A DNA stretch of 64,000 nucleotides from Orbicella franksi (Eukaryota). The stretch spans positions 15,252,001-15,316,000 of the forward strand of contig OZ116704.1 in the NCBI GenBank assembly GCA_964199315.1, written 5' to 3'. The position numbers and the translations under genes are program-made. This document shows, in pieces, positions 25,191-36,900 of the stretch (its first letter is position 1; each line of letters begins with the position of its first letter). Under the pieces are notes generated by a model. It had not been told where the DNA came from and searched no databases. It was given only the letters and a program-made list of their open reading frames with translations.

Positions 25191-25624
25191 AACTGGTTCT
25201 TTTTCCAGCTTATTAATTATCTGAGTATAATTATGCGGAATTTATGAAACATTTTCTCTCTTGATTTCTCGCTCTTTCTCTTTTTCTATTGTTTCGTTTA
25301 AGTCAATTTTGCAGTCGTTTTCAGTTATCGAAAATTTTACTTGGTTATTTAACTATGCCTCCCGTATTTACCCCACCCCACCGACGCTGTTGTACAATAA
25401 GAAAACATTAATTTCGTAACTGAGTATCGCCTTTTTAAATATTTGTAAAAATGCCTGAGTTAGTTTCTATCGGAATATGAATTTTTATTAAGAGGGTTGA
25501 GGTTTTGATGCTGCTATCGTAACTTTTAGAAAACAGCAGAAGTTGGCTAAACTTGCCGATAGTAACAACAAATTATTTAGGTTTCGCCGTGAGATATCAA
25601 TGAATAATCATTGTTGATTATTAA

Positions 25625-25635
25625 AATAAAATAAA
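25625..25635 (+). terminator. Candidate polyadenylation signal of gene 1
   Basis: Overlapping AATAAA AATAAA, the first canonical hexamer I saw after the stop; further hexamers near 25866 and 25987. Confidence 0.4.
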
Positions 25636-26317
25636 ACACCAACTATTTAGCTATTATATGCTGAACTCTAAAGAAAAACTACAACAAAATTATTATCGCT
25701 TTAATGTTTGTAAACTTGATATGTAAATAACAAGTGAGACATATTTGCTAGTTTTATATCCGCAGAGAAGATTTTAATACCGTATGTATATTTGCCCTAA
25801 TTTTTAAGGGAAGCTTTTTTCGTAGAGACCTCTGATTAGTGGGTACAAGTTTGGTTGGCTTCCGAAATAAAATTATGATGTAAAGTTAGGAAGCTCGTAT
25901 ATAAAGGATAAATTAGATAAAAACAATCGAGTTAATAGCAACACTCTTACATAAATCGACGTAAAGTCAGCTATAAATATAAACGAAATAAAAAGCTATT
26001 TTAAATTTATTCGTGTTTGTTTATATGCGAGTATATCTGTTGAGGTTTGAATTTGGAAATTTTTTTCGGCAAATCAGGTTCAAAATCAAAACCATCAGTC
26101 ATAGTTTGCTTGTGTGACTTTCCTGCCTTTTTTTCGGGGAGAGGGGGCGGGGGGCGGGGGGCAGTGGAATGGGGCTTGGGCCTCACAGGCTACGTTTCCT
26201 TTGCTTCCCACTGGTTACATGTTTACTAACCTCTTTATCTGTTCGAATTTAACCCCCGTGGCGACTTTGTGAGGTTGACTTTTCGAGCGTTGTGCCCTTG
26301 TCGTAGCAGAGTATCCA

Positions 26318-26593
26318 TTATTGCAGTGTTAGCAACGTGAGCAGGCAAGATGAACCAAATCCTGCGCTGTGATTCGTTACCCAAGCGGCGGGCAAGATGG
26401 CGCTATCTTGTCCGATCGGGACCACCCGCTGTGTCTCGCATGAAAAATTTCCCCGAAAGCCATATAATATATCTCGTTCTTTTTGCGCGTTTATGGACCT
26501 CGACTCCATCTCGGCCCATAAACTCGCAAATAGAGAACTTGGCCATTATCCATCCACCTTGACCTTACAAGCCTGGTTAATAACCCGCATATA
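26318..26593 (-). repeat. Hairpin-rich interspersed repeat, same family as 56587-56888
   Basis: Reverse complement shares aatcacagcgcaggatt..tcatcttgcc..ctcacg and the ggttatt.accag 5' end. Confidence 0.7.
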
Positions 26594-27478
26594 CAATACA
26601 GTTAAAATATAACCAAGTAGGGGGTAATAGGTAGTCTCCTACATAGCAGGGGCGCGGGCAGCGCGAAAAACCCCTCAAAAGCCCACGCGCCATTCCTCAC
26701 ACTGTTCCCCCAACAGGGGGTCGGGAGAGGTCAACTACGTAAGAAGACTGGCAAGTCATCAACGGCTCAATCACGTATTTGCCCCTCATTAATTAGGATG
26801 CTGCCGGGCAATATCAGCTAAGAAAATAGCTTATGGCGTATCTAGCGAGAAAAGAACATTTAACTAACCGATACCCCCATATTTTCCTGACCACAGCCTT
26901 TATACCTGAAGACATGAGCCATTTTAGAACAAAATGTTAGTTGAAGATCGTTGTTTCTTGTTTTCCATTATAGAATGAAATGTCTTGCCACACATATCAA
27001 CAATGACGATCAAAAATGTTTTTTAGGTCCAGTGAATAAGGTACTAGTCGGCAAAGAGAATTCATTTCGAAAACATGCGAAGGAGTTTGTCTTCAATACC
27101 GTCTGATGTTTCGCTCTTTGCTTAACTGCGGTGCGTTGTTTTCATTACGCATTTAACAAGAAAGGAATTTTTGTCCCAGTGTGACATTATGCAAACAGTG
27201 ACTGGAAAAAGAACAGAAGTAATCGAGTGGAACATTTGTTTTGTCTTCGTGGTTTGCACTGTCGTTAGAGACAGAGGAATGAACGAACGGCTATAAACTT
27301 TTAGCTTTCCTCAAACGGAACGTAAGACATCCATGGTATTTCAGTCTTTTAAACCTCTTAACATGTAATGGGCACTCGTAAAAAATTTAGTGCCCTGTTT
27401 GTTTTAAGAAAACGAAACGAAACTTTTACTTTGTTTTTGCGGAAGTTTGGAATGTAGTTTACGACCCAAACAAACCCC

Positions 27479-27492
27479 GTTGTTATAGAAAC
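27479..27492. promoter_or_regulatory. RFX X-box upstream of gene 2
   Basis: GTTGTTATAGAAAC matches GTHNYY-AT-RRNAAC at all positions, about 365 bp before the ATG. Confidence 0.55.
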
Positions 27493-27856
27493 CTGACGCA
27501 ATCGTTTCAATCGCATGCAAATCGAACATAGCTCGGCCATAATTTTGCATAATTAACTTTATGAACTTCGAATTCACTTTTTATTACTTTCCATACGTCT
27601 TTTCAACTTTGGAGGATTTTTGCGGACTGAAAAGTGAACGGATGTTTCTGAGAAGGCAAAATGAAGTCGTGTGGATGATAAAAAGCCCTGCACGTTCTTG
27701 AACAGAGCTTTGTGATTGTGGTATTGAGCTTTGCGGAAAAATTTTGACATCAGCCAACACGACCTTCACCTGAAAGAAATCGTGCATTGCATAAGATCGC
27801 ATGAAGCCTTCAACACGTCGTTCTAGAGGAAAGGAATTGTAAATATTAGAATCTTT

Positions 27857-27941
27857 ATGGCTTTCATGTCATTTCATATGCGGTCATATCTTATCATTTT
27901 GGCGGCCTTTCTCTGCTGGACAGAAGTTACTATTGCCAGTG
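27857..27941 (+). CDS. Gene 2 exon 1, signal peptide
   Basis: MAFMSFHMRSYLIILAAFLCWTEVTIAS; donor gtaagt; phase 1. Confidence 0.8.
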
Positions 27942-30900
27942 GTAAGTAATGCCAAATGACGAACGCAAAGCGCTGTGTATTTACACAGTAAACCTGTTTT
28001 TATATTTGATACTGCAGCTGCATTTTATTGAATCGAAGATAAAGATTCTTTCAGGCGAAATAATAGTCATTTTGCCTTTTCAGATCCTTGTGATTGCTCG
28101 GTTTGCGGGTCTACTTGTGGCGGGAGTTTGAGCTGCGATCCCGGCAAATTTCTTGTAGTGAATGGAAGCGAATTCGGCTGCTTCCAATGTCCAAGTGGCT
28201 CTTTGTAAGTTCTTTGTTGCCTTGTCTTTGAGAGTATACATTTTAGCTAATTTATGTGTTTGTGAGGGTAAAAACTTCGCTTAATGTAGTGATGTCCATT
28301 TTGTAAATGCAATTAATGAAGTACTCGTAAGATACAGTAATATGATACAAACAATGGACTGGGCCTTATCTCATACGGTTGCCGCAGTGATATCTCAGCA
28401 GCTAATATACCATTTTACCAGAGAAGTTATTATCTTATAGCTAAAATACTTAGTCCCCGGTGGGTTCAACCGTGCCGGATTGGTCGAGGGATAGAGACCT
28501 GACAAAGGACAGCCCCTGGTCCTCCAGTTTGGGGGTTGGGCGTTAGGCTAATCACCTAACCTTGTAAAAAAATGAATGATTACAGAAACTGTAAGAGGCC
28601 CTATGCGCCAACTTGGCGCCAGGGGACAGGTGAAGTGAAGGTGAAGCTAAAATGTCAACGTATTTTTGAACCAAACTTCGTTTCCCGTCGATCCCTTAAA
28701 GTGTTTCAGGTAGCTGCCTTCCATCAGACTTTCTATCTGGTTGCCCACACTATGCCAGAATCGCTTTGTATAGGCAAATGGAGATTTAAGGTCTTAGTTC
28801 TACATTTTATTGAACATCCAGATTATAAACCCAAGGTCAGCAACACTGACATTTAGTACCAGTGAAGGCAAGCAGACCGTCAGGTTTTAGTATAAATCTA
28901 CAAGCATTCTATCATGAATGAGGTTCTCTGATTGGTTATGCTACTTACTATCTATTCTGTGATAGTTAGTGAGTAGCGAAGCAGGGTACCCTTGTTCACA
29001 AAATGACGGTCGCTTCTTGGCATTTTCAAAGTGTCTGTGAAGAGGATTCAAATAAAGTTTTGAACGAGTAGATAGTAGTAGAACTAGTAGATATATACTA
29101 AAACAATTAGATTATTTGTTCTCAATTTCTATGCATGATAGAAATCTCGAGCTCATAATGTAATCATTAATTAGTATAAATCTACTAGCATTCTATCGCA
29201 AATGCTATTCTCTTATTGGCTACGCGTATCTTGTTTACTGTAGGTGGTGTGAGCCAACACTATTGACTGATATATTGAGCAACACTCATCCAATACATGG
29301 CCAAGAAATCAGCCGACAGTTGATTGAGTGTTGGTTGAGTATCGGTCGAAAATCGGTCGAAAGTCAATCAAGTGTTGCTTGAGCATCTGTTGATATGTTG
29401 GCCGTTACTCCACTGACACTTGACTGACACACATATGGGCTGACGTATTGACCGATACTTGACTGAGACTCAACCAACAGTCGACTGACACTCAAAACTT
29501 CGACCAACTGTCGGCGATATATTGGCCATGTATTAATCGACAATCGGCAGATGCAACACCAGCACCTGGCCGACATATCGACCGAGTGTTGGCCGATAGT
29601 GTTGACTGACACTACCTACAGTAAACATGATCCAGCCAGCTACTCTATCTATTCAGTTGTAGATAGTGAGTCGTTGAGCAGAGTGCGGTTGTAAAAAAAA
29701 AAGTGGCTGTGGCTTCTTTACATTTTCGAAGTGGCTGTGAAAAGCGTTTAGATAAAGTTTTGAATGACTTGTTGATTAATACCAAAACAGTTAGGTTTCG
29801 CTCCCAATTTCAATGTGTCATCTGATTTAAATAGAATTCTCTAGTTGAACTGCCAGGGCCATACTGTGTGTAAAGTAATAAAAGTTTCATAATAATGAGT
29901 TAATATCTAACTTTACAGCTGTCCAGGTGGCCGAAACAATTCTCAGCCTTGCCCAGAGGGTTTCTATAATGATAACCCAGGACGGTCAGATATAGGAGCA
30001 TGCCAGGTAATTTTATCCAACTTATAGGTTAGAATATAATTTAAAGTTTGTTGTTAATTCACGAACCAGGGATAATGCTTGACATCATTTTCTGCATCAT
30101 AAAGTCTGGGAGTTTTTTGCTACCTTTCTATATTGTAGAGATTGCAGCTATTGGGGGTATTGTCCATGTATCTTTGTTATATGTAATATTTAGGAATTGT
30201 TTCGAACACAAGTGCCCGTGATTAATCACAAACATTTTTGTGAACTGTGAGTGGCTTAGACTAATCAGTAGAACACTGGTTTGGGTGTTTGATGATTACA
30301 TATCTGATCTTAATTAGCATAGATTTCTACAACTTTTGTAGAAATCTATGCTAATTAAGATCAGATATCCATACACCATAACAGTTAATTGTTTTTGCCT
30401 GTTTAAGGTTGATGAATTATTAATGAGTTCACAAAATAAGATTCAAGCTATTGATCAGTCAATCAATAAATCTTTGTTTTAACACAATATCTTATCATAC
30501 AAATGGTCTTAGGCATTGTGGAAAAATTACATACATAGATTACATTAACTATGAACAGGAATACACTGATTAAAAAGATAACTTACAGGTACAATAAAAC
30601 CTCAGATTCTTAGTACTCTTTGCATATAGTTAGGTAGCAAGAATGTCACTAGTGTGAGACAAAGTCAAAATCTGAGTCTCTAGTGGAATTTTCATGTTGT
30701 TTTATGGTGATATCAGAGTTATTGACTTCCTGTTGTTTTCATTAGGAATGTCCTGCTGGATTTTTTTGTCCAGATAGAGGTCAACCACCCAAACCTTGTG
30801 AATCTGGTTTCTATAGCAACAGTACAGGACAAACACAATGTACCATTTGTCCAGAAGGTTTCCAATGTGAAAACCTTGCATCAAAACCCACAGCATGTCC

Positions 30901-33900
30901 ACAGGGTTTTTACAGTGCTGAGGGCAATGCAACATGTACAATATGCCCAGAGGGGTATGAATGTCCAAATGGTACACCGCCCAGGGTGTGTCCCACTGGA
31001 CAGTTTGCACCCATCCGCTCCGCAGCATGCCAGGCTTGTCCTGCAGGTCATCGATGCCCTCGTCAAGGAATGTCTGCTCCTGAGGGCTGTTCGGAAGGAC
31101 AGTACACAAACCAGACCTCGCAAGTGGGATGTAACACTTGTGAAGCTGGGCAGGAATGCCCAAATGGTGATCGATCTGTGCCATGCCCAGCTGGTTATTT
31201 TAGTAAATATGGAGAGTCCAACTGTACATCCTGTGAATCAGGAGAGTACAGCAGCAATGGTTCATCTGTGTGTTTGCCGTGTCCTGCTGGAAAACAATGT
31301 GTGGACCCTGGTCTTGAGCCAGTGGATTGTACTAATGGAACTTTTTCTGGCCCAGGAGAAAGTGTTTGTAAGCTGTGTCCACAAGGTGAGTAGCTAGTCA
31401 TGCTTTAGATACAAACGTAGCTTCGTTCTATACATGCAGAAATCCAAGAGAACATTTGAAGCAAAACCCGGTGGGGATGTTTATATATGAAGAGTTACCA
31501 TCCTATTATCTTGATATAGCATACTAAATGGTAAAAGCACTGATTTTTACCTTTCGCTTAATTATTTGTCATGAATGCCTACCCATTGAGTTTTCATGCA
31601 CGGACTTAAAGTAAAAAAAGCTATGTACATCATAATAAACAGTACCACATAAAAGCGCTGCTTGGTAGCTTTCATGTCAATGGTCACATGCTGGGGTGTC
31701 ATCTACAAAGGTAAAAATTAAAGTCACATAAACTGATTTAAGGTTTGATCTTGGACGGTAATGAAAGGGTTACATTGATGATTATAGAACTTGTTACTAG
31801 TTAATAAAGCAGATGAATAAGGCTTGCATCACCACATGTTTTGTTGTATTAGGTTACCAGACCACACCAAGTCGAACCTCTTGTGTACCATGTGCAAAAG
31901 GCTTCTACTGCCCTGATCCAAGGTTAGTAGTGATATATTTTTCAGTTTATCACCAAATTTCCTTCTCATCTTTTTCAAAATGTTCAAATTGTTCAGTCGG
32001 TCAGTCGGTGGGGGGTTGGTCAGTTAATTGGTCAGGGAACCATCTTGTAGTATGAGAAAGACAGTCAGACATTTATTCCTTCACAGAGTCATCAATCTGT
32101 CAATCACTGCTAATGCCATGTGTTTGAAAATTTCTAGTAATCCACCAGTGCCATGTCCTGCTGGCATGTACTCTTTGGGAGGTAGATTTGAAAACTGTAC
32201 AGCATGTCCAGCTGGAAGTGCATGCCCTGATCCTGCTGGTGCACCTGTGGCTTGTACTGGAGGTAAACATCCCTTTTTATTGGTTATTAAAGTTGCAAAC
32301 TTAATGGCAGCTAGAGAAGTCAATGTATAGTTTCTCTTCACATATTTAAATATATAAATTGTCCAAAACAATGTCAAGTAGACATCTATATGTATTTCAA
32401 AATTATTAATAATTATATTAAAAACTCTTTTTTATTGGTTATTTTGAAATAAATAAGGTATTAATAGTTAAAAAGTATAGTTTTAGAAAAGTTGAAAATA
32501 TTGCAAAATAATATAATTTCAGCAACGTATGCTGAGGCACTGTCCACAACATGCAAGACTTGCCCTGCTGGTTACAGCTGCCCAGAGAACAAGAGAACTG
32601 AAATATGTCCATTTGACGACTCTCTGGGATACTTTTATAGTACTGACTCAAGTAAGTTGCCATACTTTTTGTGAACAATCATTTGTTTTCAGCTTATTTT
32701 AGTTAAGATTTTCCTTGAAGCAGTTTTAAATTACCTGTCATGTGCAAAGGATTTATGACTGTGTACAATGATAAGGTTTGGTTTTGTGATTGTTGAGCTC
32801 TTGAATTGAAAAAAAATATTACAAGGACACTTCAGCTGAGTTAGTTTTACACTGTTATCTTTTTAGTGGTATCATGTGCGCAGTGCCCCAATGCAAGCTC
32901 AGGACAGATTTGTGAATCTCGATACAAGTTACCCATCAACTGTAATGCTGGAGAACTCCCCAGTCAGAATGGGACCGTCTGTATTAGATGTCGGCCAGGT
33001 TACTACTGCCGTACACCCCAAGAGGGAGAGGTAGCCTGTGATGTGGGACAGTGGTCACTGGGTGGAGCAACAGAATGTAATGACTGTCCAAAAGGCTATG
33101 CTTGTGCAAATAGTGGATCGTTACCTCAGCCTTGTGATCTTGGACATTACACAAATGAAATGAACTTACTCACTTGTAATCAGTGCCAGGCTGGGTTTAA
33201 ATGTTCAACGACCTCTGGCGATCCTGTGGCTTGCACAGCAGGTATGGATATTGTCACAAATGCTGCAGACAGTGTTTTGCCTGTTATGTTTTAATTAACC
33301 TGTTGAATAGCATTGGGTTTTTTTAAAGAGATGTTTACCAAGACTCTACTGCTTCTTTAGACAACCAACATTGATATCAGAATTCATGGTACAGTAAAAC
33401 TAATGTTACATTGACAGAAATGAAAGAAATTGTGATAAATCATAATTACTTGATTATTGGGGGTTTCATTGAATGATATCTAATAATACATTTAAGTAAC
33501 TTTATTCAAGTGTCAAATGTTCTTAGCACTGTTCTGCTAATTGGAGACACTGTAAATAAATAAACAAATATTTCAAAAAAAAACATCACTTGGTTATTCA
33601 AGTTTTGCCACCAGTGTTTCGTTAATTTAAACAATCACCAATCCATTTAAACTTCAGGTACATATAGTGATATAGCAGCTACAAACTGCACAACTTGTCC
33701 CCCTGGTTTTGCATGTCCAAACACGTCAGACTCCACTGCCCAGTACACATGCCCTCTAGGGACGTACTCTGTTGGTGGTAAAACTCTGTGCACACCGTGT
33801 CCAGTTGGAAAGTTTTGTCCCCACAATGAGTAAGTTTTTACTTGCTGGCATTCTCCAGTGACTGTACATGTATGTTAATGGCATTGTTATGTGAGCATTC

Positions 33901-36900
33901 CTGTGTAGCAATTTTAACAATTAATGCTTTTATCTTCTAATACTTTGGGATACTGTATGTGGAATTATTACTTGTTTGTGTGGCCTGAATAAAATGTTTG
34001 ATGAATTTCTTTGAAATAGTGACTACTCAGTCTTTTTTCATTTCCAAGAAGGGACTTACCTTACAATTATAATTTCACTAATGCTAACATAATCGTTGTT
34101 TAAAAGGCCTAATTACCATTGATGTAACCATTCTGTAGTAGTTTTCATCACTATCCTCATCATCCTCATCATCCTTCTAACACCTAAGGTGGGGTGTGTG
34201 AGGTTGAAGTAGTTTTCTTAGAAAAGGAAAAAGACACTATGTGAAGTTCTACTGACAGTTATCTTAATTTGAAGTGGTTATATTTCAGGTTTTGTGTTGT
34301 GGAGGTGGTTAATCAGGCTTTAGCTTGGACGCTTGGTGGCCCCATTTCAGACCAAGTGATGATACTCTTGAGAATTCATGCTCTCAGATTTTCAAATAGT
34401 TCCATATGTATGAAGGAATAAATTTTAAATGGATAAAAGAAAAATTCTCTAGAGAACATCCCATGGTCTGTAATGGAAAAACAAACTTCCCGAGCTAAAG
34501 CAGTTTATATTAAGGGCAAACGCTCAATAGAGAAAATCAACTCTGTGAAAGTCTCCACAATGTGGCAAATTCTATCAACAGGCAATTTCACCTGTAGCAT
34601 CAAGGGTTATGGCCTTTAATGAAACAACTGGCTATGTACAGTGTGACTATCTTTTTAGCTGTTTATTTATATTTTAATTTCTAAATTGTAGCAAAGACAT
34701 TGAACTTGATTGTGAACCTGGCTATTTCTCGACGGGAGGGAAGAAAGATTGTGATCCATGCCCTCCAGGATACAAATGCCCTAATGCAGATGGCATCACC
34801 AACCAAGCTTGCGGTGATGGTGAATATGCAATAGGAGGTGCAGCATCGTGCACAGAATGCCCTAAAGGCTATGCCTGTCCAAACACAACCACTGATTACA
34901 TGATCAAGTGTGAGCCTGGCTTTTATGCAACTAGAAAGAAGACAGTATGCACAGCTTGTAAAGCAGGATTGTAAGTGTTAGCCTAAGGGTTTTCTGTTTT
35001 GTTAACTAATCATGCATCAGCTGCATTGATACATATATCTTATAAACCAAGCACAAGGGCCATAAAGTGAAGCCTTGGAGCCGACTGGCTCATAGTTGCC
35101 GGAGCTTATCCCGGTTTCTGTAGCATGAAGCGGCTAGTAGTATTTCTACTCCCCCTGGACAGGATGCTAGTCCATCACAGGTCACTGCCCTGCAATTTGT
35201 TAGGTTTCCCCAACAATTCACCAGTACCCATTTATACTCCTGGGTGGAGAGAGGCAATGTGAGAGTTAAGTGTCTTGCCCAAGAACACAACACAGTGTCC
35301 CCGACCAGGGCTCAAACCCGGGCTGCTCAATCCAGGGACGAGCGCAATTAACCATGAGGCCACCGAGCCTCACACACACAAGGGCCATACTGGGAGAATA
35401 TTGGCCCGAAGTCTTGACAGTACGGACCAAGCATAGCGAGGTCAGTACAAAAAGGACTGGCTGCCGGTATTTTCCCAATATGGCCCCAAGCAAGCTTGGT
35501 TCATAAGAGATTTATAACACGACTGAAACTACCCAAAAATCTTCAAGAGTAATCTTGCAAGATCATTCGGCACAGTACCCTGTCCAGTACTTAGAGAATA
35601 TTGAACTGGCAATGGAGCAGTCTGATTGCTTAATTTTTGTTGTTAGCCCTCTGAACTAACTTAAAGTCATGTAATAATTTAAGTTAGTGAATTACTTTTT
35701 AAGTTACTAAGTTATACAGTTTAAAGAAGAACTTGATTTATCCCTTATTGGATTAATGCCCACCTGAGGAAATCCAAAGTCATAAGTTGCCATATTTTGT
35801 TCAAAATACTGTCAAACCTCAAAAGAACAGGAACAAAAAATGGTTCAACAGTGGCTGTTGAGACTTAAATCCATAGCTATAGGTTATAATTATTTATATG
35901 GTGTCTATATCACTAACATGTATGTGAGGTAACACATGTGTAAGTAGAAAAAAATAATAATGTGATCTTTGATGATAAACGTTTACAGTTACTTGTGATA
36001 ATACATTGTTCATGTGTAGCCTGATGCAGTCTGAAGAGTCCCTTTGCCGGGACAAAACAAAAGCGTTGCGTCAGGCTAGCCATGAACAATGTAACTGTCA
36101 ACTTTTATTGTCAATTTTCACTTGTGAATCTGTGTGGTCGGGAATCCTTATGCGATATAAGGCAAGATTGCTGGCATCATTTCGTTAGAGAATGGGACTT
36201 TGAGCATGATGCTCAGCGAGTTTGCCAAGCAGAAAGGTCTCTGAAGAGTCCCTTGGCTAGCCACGAACAATGTATTATCACAATGTGATTCTTCTTTGAA
36301 ATATGTCACTGACACTACAAGTTATGGCCCATTTTCTGGGATTGACATGTGGAAGATTTAGCTAATCTTTAATCAATATACACAGTACCTTAACAGAACA
36401 AAACAGAACAATATTTTGACAGTAAAAATTTTTTTTTGTTAGCTATTGTCCTTATACAGATGCCAGGCAAGAAATTCCTTGTGACCTTGGTTATTACTCA
36501 ACTGGAAATGCGTCATCTTGTGAAATGTGCCCCCCTGGTTATGAGTGTCCATTTCAAGATCAGGCTGTCAGGTGTGAAAAAATTAAATTGTATTTCAGAT
36601 GTTACACACTTTCAAAATGTATTGTTTTGCAGTGTTATTCATCTGCCTGTCTGTCCTTTATTAGTCAGTCAGTTGGTCACCCACAATATTATTACATGAT
36701 TGTAAGGTTCTCCCACTCTCAGTTGACAAATTATACCCAGAGGAAAGTTAATGTGCTCCAAAAGTTGGAACCTCAGTGCTAGTAAAGAAAGAGTTTTTAT
36801 GCTTCAACAAGCCTGCAAATAATTTTTGTCTATAGGCAGGCCATTTGTCAGGGCAAGGACCAGTTTTGACCTAACAAAAAGCCAGTCTGGTTGGACAAAA

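Noticed and set aside
29226-29633. CRISPR-like array of short repeats
   Set aside because: Repeats are irregular and degenerate inside a TIR element in eukaryotic DNA; no constant repeat-spacer period
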